From Podarcis cretensis (Eukaryota): DNA of 64,000 nucleotides. The translations under genes were made by a program, and so were the position numbers. The stretch lies in the NCBI GenBank assembly GCA_951804945.1, contig OX638149.1, positions 58,218,001 through 58,282,000 of the forward strand, read 5' to 3'. Shown one piece after another: positions 1-12,412 of the stretch. Position 1 is the stretch's first letter; the number at the start of each line of letters is the position of its first letter. The notes under the pieces are model-generated. The model ran no database searches and was not told the DNA's origin. It saw only the letters and a list, made by a program, of their open reading frames with translations.

Positions 1-80
1 AGGTCATGCCCTCACAACGGCGGTTCTTCGGTTAAATGAAACAGGTTCCAAGAAAGGACAGAAATGAAATTCATAAAAGT

Positions 81-95
81 GGGTCATAGAGTTCA
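81..95 (+). promoter_or_regulatory. Candidate DR3 nuclear-receptor element (VDR/RXR- or PXR-type)
   Basis: GGGTCA-TAG-AGTTCA fits RGKTCA-N3-RGKTCA exactly; extra half-sites at 1-6, 164-169 and 192-197. Confidence 0.3.
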
Positions 96-650
96 CCGGG
101 CAATTTAAGGCTTTCTGAAGAATTTAACATGAGCAGCGTTCAAAACAATATTGATTAGAAACAGGTTCATTTAACGTGCGGGTTCTCATCAAGTTCAAAT
201 TATGAGGCAGTTGTATTTTTTATATCATTCTCTTTTGAGCTATTTCTGTATGTTCATATAAAAGAAAGATCCTTCTGTGATCTACAGCAGAGCCCCTTTA
301 ATCCTAGCGCTAACAAAGGATCACATTCAAGTTCTGGGCTTTCTGTTTAGACAAAAGACTGGTTCCCAAAATATGAATTGGGCGGAATTAGTCCTCCCAC
401 TTAATTGCTGCCTTGTGCCTGCATATTTTACAACTGCTCAACCTGTAGAAATGAAGCAAATAAAGCTTTTTCCATTAGTAACTTCTTCCCTGTCCACCAC
501 TCTGCTAGGAAAAGTTCCACTTGCTTTATTGCTGCACATCCCCAGTTATTGTTCAAAATGCAGAAGCAGGGCTGCCTTTTGTGTTGGAAAATTGTGGCAC
601 AAACATGAATATGAGTTAAATGTCAACCCATTCCCAGTCCCTGTTCAGCC

Positions 651-845
651 NNNNNNNNNNNNNNNNNNNNNNNNNNNNNNNNNNNNNNNNNNNNNNNNNN
701 NNNNNNNNNNNNNNNNNNNNNNNNNNNNNNNNNNNNNNNNNNNNNNNNNNNNNNNNNNNNNNNNNNNNNNNNNNNNNNNNNNNNNNNNNNNNNNNNNNNN
801 NNNNNNNNNNNNNNNNNNNNNNNNNNNNNNNNNNNNNNNNNNNNN
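651..845. other. Assembly gap (195 N)
   Basis: Run of N, followed directly by an (AC)n stub at 846-855. Confidence 0.99.
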
Positions 846-1574
846 ACACACACACCCTACCATTCTCCTTCTTGACCAAATACTGTCTGTCTTATTGTCT
901 CATCCCACCCAGATTTCCCATGAGTACTGGGGGGGGGGGCTGTCCTGAATGTGCCTTCTTGGTTAGTGCCATTTGCCACACCCTTTGCTGTAACCATCCC
1001 CCCAAAACCTCATCCTCAGAGTTCTTCCAGTTCTATGCTACAAGTTTTCACCAACGTAACCAACACCACATCCTCCTACTGTAAATCTTTTAGTTCCTCT
1101 ACAAATAAGCTGGGCAGGCTTGGACACACGTGTATACGTGCATGAAATAACATTCACTGGCAATTTAGCAGTGTAAGGGAAGAAAAACAAGAAACAACAA
1201 AAAACACAAAAGCCCGTTGTTTTCTGAAGCTGAGAATCTAAACCTCCTTTGAGAGGCAGGCGGCATATCCCTGCCTCTTTTGCATTTGCTTTCCCCAGAT
1301 TTGTTTCTCTTCCATAAGTGCTCTGTGGGTGGCTCTTCTACAAAATGGAATAAGCACTAAGAAGGGATGGGAGCCTAATCTCTCCTTATGTAGAATTCAG
1401 CTATTATTAACTAACATGTCTTTAAGGAGCAATAAAACAATGATCCTCCACCCACCCCCTACCCCATTTCACCCTCTGCAGTGGGCAGGTGTGATCCTGT
1501 GATTTTTTAAAAAATGAAATGGCACAAAAGCAACGTGTAATTGCAGTTCATGTGCTACTTTTTGTCTCAGAAGC

Positions 1575-1727
1575 TCCCTTCCCACTTTCATCTTCACAGC
1601 AATCCTGTGTGGTAGGTTAGGCTGAGAAATAGTGACCAGACTGAGATCACCCAGTGAGCTTCAGGGCTGAACAGGGACTCAGACTCTAGTTCTCCAGATC
1701 CTAGTTCAGCATTCTGCTCTGCCACTG
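1575..1727 (-). mobile_element. Old MIR-like/Squam3-like SINE fragment
   Basis: Degenerate CACAGCAATCCTGTGTGGTAGGTTAGGCTGAGA...CACCCAGTGAGCTTC core; similar relics near 27510-27660 and 40090-40170. Confidence 0.55.
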
Positions 1728-1778
1728 TCAGTTTAAATCAATAATTGATTTACTTCTTAGGTTTGTCACATACAAGTA

Positions 1779-2004
1779 CAGTGGTACCTCGGGTTAAGTA
1801 CTTAATTTGTTCCGGAGTTCCGTTCTTAACCTGAAACTGTTCTTAACCTGAGGTACCACTTTAGCTAATGGGGCCTCCCGCTTCCGCCATACTGCCGAAG
1901 CACAATTTCTGTTCTCATCCTGAAGCAAAGTTCTTAACCCAAGGTAATATTTCTGGGTTAGCGAAGTCTGTAACCTGAAGCGTCTGTAACCCGAGGTACA
2001 ACTG
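1779..2004. mobile_element. Tc1/mariner (pogo/Tigger-like) MITE, family A
   Basis: TIRs CAGTGGTACCTCGGGTTA...TAACCCGAGGTACAACTG with TA on both sides; homologous to 7803, 41170 and 42951. Confidence 0.9.
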
Positions 2005-3206
2005 TACTACATAAAAGGGTACCAAGTTGTTGTTGTTTTTCCTAGCAGGTCCACTGGACTTCTCAAGCTACACAGCAGGCATCATTTTCAAAACTTGGAA
2101 AAGTCTTGCCAGTTGAATTTCTCTGCTAAATTACTGGCTCCATGTAGCATTTAAAAAAGGAACAGGGATGCACCCTCCTGATGTGTGGAAATAGGATTGC
2201 TAGCCTTTGTCTCAGCATATTTCTTATGTAAAGTTCTGGTGTGCCTGTTCCCTAAATAGCTTTGAGAGGATGAAAATGGGTGTATCAGACTGCTGCTCTC
2301 CCATTCTCCTATCTGCTGTAGGAGAAAGGAGAGACCTGATTGATTCTCCAGGCAGGTAGTAGAGGATGGTGGGCCCAGCAGAGCCCTGTTCTTTCTTAGC
2401 ACCATGGCGTTTCTAAAGGGACAGGCAAAATTTCCAGATGATTATCTGGCTGCAGTATAGGATAAATGTATAAAGTCCCTTAGCCAGTTGAGGTTAAATT
2501 AAGTCTGAAGGCGAATAAAATGATTCTTGCTCATTTGCAAAGTAATACATGGTATCCAGTAAAAAACAAAATGGAATCCCATGCTTATTAGGTATAAGTA
2601 TCGGTAAAATGCACTAATATATCATCCTGGTACCCAGTTTGAGTTTGGTGCCTCTTGGTCTCACTTTCCAATTCATGGAGGTCAGCTGAAACATTTTCAG
2701 GCCATACACTCAGAGCACTGTGTCTATTGACAATGGACAGGCCATTTAAAAGTAAAAATTGGGTACCCACTGTCCACCCACAATGCAGCTGGAAAGAGCT
2801 TGGGAGGCCTTCACATCAGTTCAGGGTGCCTCAGGCAAATCCTGCTTCACCTCAGGCAAACCCAGAATCTCACTTTGATTCAAGATTTGGGATTCATCTG
2901 AATCCACTCCATGCCCAGAGTTTTAACATGTTTTTGGTGCTGCTTATATACTTAATAGTTGCTATACAACTACTAACAGCGCTTGAAGTAAGCCTTGCAA
3001 TTTCATTTAAAATGCTTTTTAAATGTTACAAAAAATGTGGGTGCTTGTCAACTAGCTTTTACTCAGAGTAGACCTATTGAAGTTAATGAACAAACAGGAC
3101 TTATTAAATCCATTAAGTTTAATAGCTTTGCCTTGAGGAGTAGTTGAATGCCACCCGGCATGTTTAAACATCTTATTTCTTTATTTCACAGTCTCTCATA
3201 GGCTGC

Positions 3207-3521
3207 CAGACCCTCCAAGTGTTCCTATTTTCCAGGGACATCCCTGATTTAGGGAAGCCATCCTGGGTTCTGATTTGATCCTGGAATGTCTCACTTTTCC
3301 TTAGGATGTCCCTATTTTCATTGGATGGTATGGAGTTATCCAGCCCCCGAGCTGTCTGAAGGTTTTTTTTAACGTTTAATGTTTCATTACATTTTTATAT
3401 ATGTTGGAAGCTGCCCAGAGTGGCTGGGGCAACCCAGTAAGATGTGTGGCATATAAATAGTAAAATTATTGTTATGGAATGGGACGTACCTATTTTCATC
3501 GGGGAAATGTTGGAAGGTATG
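3207..3521. mobile_element. Composite non-autonomous TIR element carrying an L2-type 3' tail
   Basis: TIRs CAGACCCTCCAA / TTGGAAGGTATG (10/12 match); second internal right end at 3321-3332; flanks GGCTGC/GACTGC. Confidence 0.6.
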
Positions 3522-3706
3522 GACTGCAATCCAAATCATGCTTATCTGGCAGTACGTTCTGCCCCAGTAAATTCAATAGGACTTACTTCTGAGTAGACAG
3601 GACCAGGAATGTGATGCTAGATCACTCCCTCTCCTCCCAATATCATTACACAAATGTTTTGTACACAAATAATATTTACTGGGTGTCCACTAGCTGGGGC
3701 TGAGGG

Positions 3707-3849
3707 CATGGGTGTAGGCAGGATTTTTGTGGGGGGGGGCAAGCCTTTTGTTAGGGGGGGGACCTCATTTAGCTATGTAATTTTATTCATTTTTATTGAT
3801 TTAGGGGGGCAGCTGCCCCTCCCTGCCCCCCTTGGCTACTACACCCATG
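3707..3849. mobile_element. hAT-type MITE
   Basis: TIRs CATGGGTGTAG / CTACACCCATG; 8-bp TSD GCTGAGGG / GCTGAGAG (1 mismatch). Confidence 0.8.
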
Positions 3850-6635
3850 GCTGAGAGTTCTATTTAGACACAGTAGTTTAAAAATGGCCTGTAATGGAAG
3901 CATGCAAGTGGTTAACTGAATCCATGAGGCATTAAGCACCTGGTCTGGGGAGATCTTTGTTTGCCTGAGATGGCCCCAGACAGCATTCCACAGCTCTCTC
4001 CTCACCAGAGTAGGGGGGGGGGGAGTTTGCCTTCTAATCCTTGAAACAATAATAAGCTGCATTGCAATCACTAAGGGCTGGTTGCCGGGTTCCAAAGACT
4101 CGGTTAGGAATTTGGATTCTACATTCTTAAGTGGAAGCAAGTTAACTTCAGGAACTCTTCACATGAACAAGCTAAAATGTGAATTGAGGTCAGATAAGCT
4201 GAGGACTGCTTCGCAGAACTGGTGTGTGCCCCAAAACTCCTTGATGAAGCAGGAGAAAAAGGAGGAGCTCTTCTGATCTACTCTATTCTCCTGCATGCAA
4301 CAGCAGATAAGTTTCTCTGCTGTGTTAGGAGGAGAAAGACCACCACTGAAAAACAAACAGGTCAACTGGAAGCAAAAAGGTTGTGGTTGTGGTTGGTTAT
4401 TTTGACTCTCACTCTGCTTAGGAATTTAAAAGTGCACCCATATTTTCTGGTTTGCAATCTGGCAACAACCTAGTGTCACCCTAGTGAACACTAATGATTA
4501 AAGGGGAAATGAATGTCACACGATGGGTTCCACTGGAATATGATGACACATGGTGGGCATCCAGCAACAACCACATCATTTTTACACCATATGATGAGGC
4601 CCATGAATGTCCTCACTGTGTGCCTTTGTCTTTTCAGTTGTCTGCAGCTTAGCCATCTTGCCAGATCTCTGCAAAGACTTTCATGAGTTTGTGGTCCTTT
4701 TGACTGCACTCAACATCTAGGACTAGGCTAGGCCAGTGCAAAAAGGACCCAATGGTCCTGTACCTTTAACATGTGGAAGAGAAGATATCAGTAGATTCAG
4801 CATTTCTCACATCTGCAGGTTACGCTGCACTTGCCAAAGTGCTCCTTTCTTCACAAAAGACAAACACACACACATCTTTCTATGTTTCCAATCCCACTAA
4901 ATCAGGGATAGGGAATCTGTGGCCCTTCTCCATGTTGTTTGACCACAAATCGCACCATCCCTGACCATGCTGGCCACAGCCAATGAGAATGAGAGGCCAC
5001 TGGTTTCCCACTCTTGTTCTAAATGCACACCTGTAAATGAAACCAAAATGAAATGTAAATGAAATGAAATGAAACCAGAAGTCTTAAAGGGAAGGTTGGC
5101 CCTCTGAAAAGACTGCCTGGGAAAGCAAAACATCATGATTCAGTGCAGTGCTTCAGCACCTGTCATTTTGTCATCTATCCATTACTCTGTCTGTCATTTC
5201 CAAATGCATAAGTCCTCTGAAATTTCCAGGGAATGCTCATCTTTGGGAAAGGCAGGCCCCTTCCTCTCTGGATTTTAATATGGTTTGCAGCATCTCCTTT
5301 TTGCAAGCAATATGCACTGAATTTGTTCCCCACTTGGACTTGACTTTGCATAACAGGCCTCAACACTAAAGCCCCCAGAATTTATAGACTTCCTCTTGGT
5401 CCCTGTTTGGATTGTGTCTTGGAATTCAGATCCTAGGAAGCAAATGTGCTTGAGCCAGTTTTCATCCTCTCGTCTTTGCGACTGTTTATGCTATTACAGG
5501 ATCCTATTACGACGTAATCCCGCCTGCTGTTAGAGAGGTTATGTTTAATAGAAACTTTGTGCAGAAAAATAAATTGAATGCCCTGAAAAGAAACACTCAC
5601 CTAAAGCTTGCAGGACGGCACAAGTGGAAGAAAACATTAATAAATGTCAAGCAGGGGCTGGATAGCAAATCAAATATTGTACAGGCAAGATAAATTGAAG
5701 AGCCACTTTGTCATCCAAGGCCCAGTGAAGTGGTCCAGCTTCCTTCTCGTAGTTACTTAGCCAGATGGAAAGAGCGGTTTAAGCTTTCAGAGACATTTTA
5801 CAATGGCTTGTGCTCCAGGTGAAGCAAGTGGAAAGTGGAGCACGTGGTATACAGGCTTGGCCAAGCCTCTCGCTGTTCATCTTGACTTCCAGTAGGACTG
5901 CTTGTCCTTTGAACCGCGCACAGCCAGAGTCACAAAGTTGAGCAGATGTGGCTTCCCTCGCTATTGTAGTAGCTGCCACCACACAGGTGCCATGACAATG
6001 AGAGAAACTGCTTCTGAGGGACGTGTTGCCAGCCCGACTTCTTCAAGGCATCACTGGCTTCATATAAGGAAATAAATTTGTTAAGCAAAGAGGTTTATAG
6101 GCTTCTGTGAAGGTGAATGGAGACAATGGGGCACTTTACCACCATTTCCAAGTAACCCAGTTGGTCACCTTGGGCCTATTCCAAACTCTGTTTAGGCCTG
6201 CCACTTCCCCCCAGGGAAAATGCATTGTCTCCTGCTGAATCGGAACAAACAGCAGTCAGGTTTGCCACAGAATGCCATTTGTTCCAATTTAGCACTAAAG
6301 AGGGCATCTCCTGGGGGAAAGCGGCCGGGTAAAGGCAACACTGCTTGGACACTGCCTAGAAAGCGCAGAGCAAGCAGAAAGCTGCTCAAACCCATGGTTT
6401 CTATGTATGGGACAAGAAGAAGTGTGGACGAGCCCCTTGGAAAATCATGCAAGTCTCCAAGTTCCTTAGATTCCTATAAGAGGCGGGCAGTGGGATGAGA
6501 GCCCTTGCTCTGTCACTGTTTTGGTTGCCTTCCAGTTAGTGGTGCATGGCTGTATGAAGCAAGGAACGTTTTTGTAGCAGGGGCTGCATCTCGCACCTTC
6601 TAGAACTCTAAAATACCTGGGGAGGATCCATGGTT

Positions 6636-6823
6636 GGGGAAGGGCTGCAGCTCAGGGGTAGAACAGCTGCTTTGCATGCAGAAGGTCCCTGGTTCAATCA
6701 ATGGCAACTCCAGGCAGGGCCAGGAAAGCAGAGCCCCCCCATGTTTGAAGCCTCCAAGGAGTAGCTGCCAGTCAGTGTAGACTACGCTGAGCTAGGGGGA
6801 CACAGTATAAGGCACTTTCCTAT
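6636..6823 (+). mobile_element. tRNA-Ala(TGC)-derived SINE
   Basis: Head GCAGCTCAGGGGTAGAACAGCTGCTTTGCATGCAGAAGGTCCCTGGTTCAATC resembles tRNA-Ala with A/B boxes; tail TATAAGGCACTTTCCTAT; homologous copy at 21383-21558. Confidence 0.7.
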
Positions 6824-7802
6824 ACAAAATGGCTCCTTGCTTCACACGGGCACTTCCCACAAGCTGGAAGGTGACAGAAAGAGGGATGGAGCTCGTGCAT
6901 TTGTCCCTGCTTCCTCCCCTCCACATACCCAGTGTGTTTGCCTCCCTGCTGGTAATGCCTGCACAAGGCTATTGTCTTTACCACTTGGCAGGATGACGCA
7001 GTTCAGCAGCTTGCCAAGTGATCACATAGCACTTATTAACTTCCTCTGGTTTCTAAGCAGTTGCCCGCAGCAACCCTCACTCCCTGCCTAGTGCGGGGGG
7101 GGGGGGGCTAACCTATTATCTTTCCGATGTTGTTGGACTTTGGCTCCCATCATCCCTGGCCACTGGCCATTCTGCTGGGACTGATGGAAGTTCGAGTCAA
7201 ACAACCCTGTCCTAGAGAGAGCTCATGTTCAGCTGGCACCACATGCCATGTTTTGAGGCCTGAACAGAGTTTTCTCCATCCCTCCCTCATGCTACTTGGT
7301 CACTTCTTTTCTGTCTTCTTTCTGTGGCAAGGTTGCACACATTATCCATTTCTGCACGGCCACGGAATATAGTACCGAGCTCAGAGTTCATAAAACAGAA
7401 CATTTTAGATTCCATTTAAACACACACACAGTGCTTCCCCCCCCCCCAAAAAAAATTATGTTTAGTTGTTCTCTCATTTTCCTACTCATATTGAAATACT
7501 GCCCCTCAATGAGGCCAAACTTAGATTCACAAAATGTTTAGGGGTATGCGCCCCCCTGCATCCCCCCAGAAAAAAAGCACTGCACACACACATTCAGTTT
7601 CTTGTTTCCATGGCTAGATAGAGTGTGCAAAAGTATGTGGCAAATTCCTGATAAAACTCTTGGCAGACAGAGTGAAAACTTTGTAGGATTTACAGTTATC
7701 AGAAGGGGCGGGAGGGGAAGTTTGAATGCTTCTCCCACAGCTCTTAACAGCATCACCACCCCCCTTGATGACCCACAGGAAAAAAAGAGAGCAAATCAAG
7801 TA

Positions 7803-8044
7803 CAGTGGTACCTCAGGTTACAGACGCTTCAGGTTACAGACACTTCAGTTTACAGACTCCGCTAACCCAGAAATATTACCTCAGGTTAAGAACTTTGCTT
7901 CAGGATGAGAACAGAAATCATGCTTTGGCGGTGCAGCGGCAGCAGGAGGCCCCATTAGCTAAAGTGGTGCCTCAGGTTAAGAACAGTTTCAGGTTAAGAA
8001 TGGACCTCTGGAACGAATTAAGTACTTAACCCGAGGTACCACTG
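7803..8044. mobile_element. Tc1/mariner MITE, family A (opposite orientation to 1779)
   Basis: TA-CAGTGGTACCTCAGGTTA...TAACCCGAGGTACCACTG-TA. Confidence 0.92.
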
Positions 8045-9695
8045 TACGAAAACTGGCTTCAGTAAGACTGGTTATAACCTGCAAGCAGAGAAGCTGAATT
8101 CTTGACTGTTTTAGCTCAGAGCCTCACAGATGGCATTCCCTACTTCCTGCTGAAATTTGTTGCAGAACTCAGTTATGTTGTGGGGGCTACCAAGATGGTC
8201 AATCCACTAAGTATCACTTCCCCCTTATCTATGCAACTGACTTTATTTTAAATATACACATATATGCAGACAAAATGCAAAAAGGTGTTACATGACTGGA
8301 GCCCTCTTCAAACTCAGATGGAAAGCTAATAATACAATGGGGTTGCAAGGCCACACTTTTGACTCACACCCACTTGATTTTGTAGCTTGTGGTGACTTCT
8401 TTAATCTAGATTGTTACAACAGCCACCTGAAAGATGCTATTAGCTTCACAGAGAAAACATTCAGGTACCACACACACACCTCAGTGTTTTCCCCACTGCA
8501 GAGTTAAAAGCAGTTTCAAGAGGAGAGGTTTAACTGAGGAGAGTGTAGCTTCTTTCCCAAGCACCACATCCCTGATCTTCAAAGTAGCCATGTAGGGCCT
8601 GCTAATTAGTTCCATACATATCTAAAGTAGAGAGAACCCGATCCCAGGTCTCCAGCATCTTACCTAGTTTATCCCCAAATGAGGATCCTAAGACAGGCTC
8701 CCCCCACCCCACCCCAAACCATCACCACCACTTGGGGTTGATTTCTAGAGCCTCTGGAATTTACATGCATCAAATCCTGCAGGAGGCAAAAGACTCAGGA
8801 AGTTTTAAACAAGGCCTGTCCTTTCATATGAACCAGGATTGCATTTGCAGTTCCAGAGACTAGGATAAGATGACAAGGTCCATCAATCCACATGATTTGA
8901 GGGAATAAACTGATCACCAGCTGGCGCTGGGAAGAAATATTCCTCCCAGCTAGAGTAGCAGTGCACTGCTCATTTCCACAGAAGGATTTATGCTTTCCCC
9001 TGATCCAGCATCACATCTTACCTTTCAGTAGAGAGGAGACTGTCGAGTTTGGATGGGTAGTTTATGAGCCACTTGTTATGTGGTTTCCCAGGACTAAGAC
9101 ATTACTGGGACAATAGACAGCAGCTGACCATGTTAGTGAGTCCCAGTGAGTTCAACTGAGAAAACTTAAGCATATGCTTATTCAGCTTTATTTATTACAT
9201 TTCTACCCCAGTTTTCCACTAAGGGGTCCAGGGTGGCTTACAAGGTCATTGTCCCCCCTTCCCATCTTCAGTACAACAACCCTACACAAGGGCAGCACAT
9301 CCTGTTTTACCACTTGGGATAAAACAGGAAGTGCCACTCCACCCAGCTACCGCCCCCTTCCTCCCGCCTCCATCTCTGGCAGAGAAGCGACACCAACATT
9401 GGCACTGGTTTCTGGTGAGATTTTGTGCACTCCGTGAGATCAGGGGAAAGACTAGACCATGTGAAAAATGAACATAATATTTTAGCTGCAGTTCATTCAT
9501 TTTCAGCTTTGTATTCTTGTTATTAAAAAAAGTGCACCTAGGCATTCCATTGTTGCACCCATAACTTATGTTTAAGGTGCCACTTAGCTCCTAGCTTTCA
9601 TATCTCAGTTTCTAACTCCACATCCCTGTTGTACAACATTCCCATTATTCCTTGGACTTGGCTGAAACAGCACTAGAAGTTCACAAGAGCTGTGG

Positions 9696-9765
9696 TTCCT
9701 GCATTGTGGGGGTTGGATTAGATGATCCACTGGGTCCCTTCCAACCCTACAATTATCTGATTCTA
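9696..9765 (+). mobile_element. CR1-type 3' tail fragment (5'-truncated SINE/LINE)
   Basis: TTCCTGCATTGTGGGGGTTGGATTAGATGATCC...GGTCCCTTCCAACCCTACAATT...GATTCTA; a similar piece lies at about 14108-14171. Confidence 0.7.
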
Positions 9766-10155
9766 AGTTGAGGCAGTATGGTGCTCTTGTTGCCTTTCCT
9801 ATAACCTCCTTCTGCTCCCAGCATATATTTCCTCTCTTTCTTCATTGTCATTTTGGGCTACTCCCCATGTTGTGTGCACACAAGTATACTAGCATATGGT
9901 ATAATGTTAAAATAGTTCACATATATTGTCTTGGAGGAAGAGTGCTAGTCACCTAGTCAGTTTGTGGTAGAGGTGAATTTCTGATTAACAGCTTAGTCCC
10001 CTAACAGCTTAGTCTCCAAACCGCTAACAACACTGATAGTGCTCTTTAATAGCAGTTGATAAGTTGTTGTTTTTCAATCCCATCATTGATGGGGAATTTT
10101 CTGCTAAGAACAGATGAGGTGGCTCATGTGCCATTTGCAAAGAGATAGTTCACCA

Positions 10156-10523
10156 GACGCGGGTGGCGCTGTGGGTAAAACCTCGGTGCCTAGGACTTGC
10201 CGATCGTATGGTCGGCGGTTCGAATCCCCGTGGCGGGGTGAGCTCCCGTCTTTCGGTCCCAGCTCCTGCCCACCTAGCAGTTCGAAAGCACCCTTAAGTG
10301 CAAGTAGATAAATAGGGACCGCTTTATAGCGGGAAGGTAAACGGCGTTTCCGTGTACTGTGCTGGTGCTGGCTCGCCAGAGCAGCTTCATCACGCTGGCC
10401 ACGTGACCCGGAAATGTCTTCGGACGGCGCTGGCTCCCGGCCTCTTAAGTGAGATGAGCACACAACCCTAGAGTCGGACACGACTGGCCTGTACGGGCAG
10501 GGGTACCTTTACCTTTACCTTTA
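10156..10523 (+). mobile_element. Sauria SINE, full length
   Basis: GACGCGGGTGGCGCTGTGGG head, B-box GGTTCGAATCC, BovB-like GAGTCGGACACGACT, (ACCTTT)n tail; TSD TAGTTCACCAGA at 10146-10157 and 10522-10533. Confidence 0.93.
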
Positions 10524-10990
10524 GTTCACCAGAATCCATAAGGAATGATTAAATTCTCATTTGCTTTTATTTAATAATGATGGGCCAGATTCAACTCACC
10601 TGGTGCGCTGGGAGAAGCCAGCAAGGACTCCTACTAGCACAACAGGACTTATGCCCACTCCTCCTCCTGCATGCCCCCACCTCCTCAAAATTCACTCTGG
10701 AGGGTCTGAAAACACCCACCTGCCCACCTTGAACAGTGCATGGATGGAAGGAAAGGGGAGATAATTCCATCTGGAAAGCAGAAAAGATGGTGCTAATAGA
10801 ATGATTGTATCAGTTTGACACTGAATTCCATGCAACGTATTTACCATCTGGGTTACCTAATGTTCTACTAATAGCAGTTAGCAACTGAGTATTTTCATAT
10901 CACCAGAAAACTCTCTCTCACACGCACATTCATTTTTCATCTTTATCCATTGTTCTTGGTAGCTGTTCCACAGGCACAAATCTTTGAAAG

Positions 10991-11121
10991 TAGGGATGAC
11001 TAACTTGTGGGACTCCAAATGATCCTGGATTCCAGTTCACATCAGCCGCAGCCAGCATAGCTGAGGTTCAGGGATGACAGAAGCCTAATAACATCTGGAG
11101 GTCCACAAATTTCCCACCCTG
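10991..11121. mobile_element. Old palindromic hAT-type MITE
   Basis: TAGGGATGACTAACTTGTGGGACTCCA...TGGAGGTCCACAAATTTCCCACCCTG imperfect palindrome; relatives near 4902-5010, 7120-7205, 22847-22950 and 43270-43365. Confidence 0.55.
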
Positions 11122-12301
11122 CTGTAGCATCCCATTAGATATTTGGCCAAACTGCAGTGATGACCACCTCTAGCATCTGGCTATTTATGTATCATTAAAG
11201 CTCATGTGTTGGCAGGGGACAGGACTTTCCTAGTCCAGCCTGCTGACAAAGCAATGGATAGGGATGCTCATGCAAATGTCTGTGTTTCAATGGTTTCTCC
11301 AGCCCAAATCCAAGTCTACTGATGGAATAAAAGAGGTGCTATGTGTACAGTGTATCCTTGGCTTCATATTGTCAAATCACTCTTCCCAAAGCTGGCTGCT
11401 AGAATTGATTCTAAGGCTGCAGGAAGCAGAGATGCTTGCCTTCCATCGCATCATTTTCAACGAGCCAAAGTGATTCAGTATAGTCCTTTGGCAGAGGTAC
11501 GGGGTGAATTTCTGCAGATATATAAAAATATTTAATATGGCTGTTAAGAGTGTGCCAGTTCTGTCACTGATTTTTGTTAGTGGATGCAGGCCAGGTCGCA
11601 CTGAAACCCTGCCACAAAAACTTAAGTTATGCAGAATTAAAAGCATCATGTATGCTCAGCTTTCTGGGAAGAAGCTAACAATAGAGTCACATTTTTTCTT
11701 AGGAGTGGCTTTCTGCACGGTTGCAAAAGAACATGCTCCCTACAGGATGTTGCGCTACAGACCCAAAAGTTCACAGAGGTAGTATATAAATCCCTGCTAG
11801 AGGAGAAGGGCATATTTTTTTCCTTGCTCCAATCATGCACCACAGTTTCAGAGTTGACAGGTTGAAGAACGAAAGGTGCACAACTAGTGAACAGATCTCA
11901 TGGCTACAAATGAAGCTTCTGACCTTTCAAAGTGTTTGACTCTTCACGTCACCCCAAGGTGAGTAATGAGAATATATCACTCTGCTCTGCTGTGATTTGT
12001 TACGGTTTGATTTGTGGCTTTTGTAGATTCATTGGGAGTTCATATCTTCATCCTTCCTGAAACACTAGAACTCAAGAACAGGGGTAGGCTTGCCAAAAAC
12101 TGGAACAGAAAGATTTGCAGAAATACCTTGCTTTCCGGGATGTTAAAAAAGATAAATGGTCAGTAACTGAGCTGCGTGTGCCTATCTTCCTGCCGACACT
12201 CCTGAGACTTAAAAAACATTCACATAAGAACATGTAAGAACATTTTGCTGAAGCAAGAGAAGTATAAGGCAGTACTGTGGTTCTTATGTTTTCTATCAAG
12301 G

Positions 12302-12412
12302 ATCACAGAGTTGTAGAGTTGGAAGGCACCATAGGAATCTTTTTCCCAATGGGGCTCAGACTCACAACCCTGAGATTAAGAGTCTGGTGTTCTACCGACT
12401 AAGTTATCCCAG
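12302..12412 (-). mobile_element. tRNA-Lys-derived SINE with CR1 tail, internally deleted
   Basis: Minus strand reads GATAACTTAGTCGGTAGAACACCAGACTCTTAATCTCAGGGTTGTG, then ...CCTTCCAACTCTACAACTCTGTGA. Confidence 0.7.

Noticed and set aside
277-1084. Long ORFs spanning the N run
   Set aside because: Artefacts of translating the assembly gap as X
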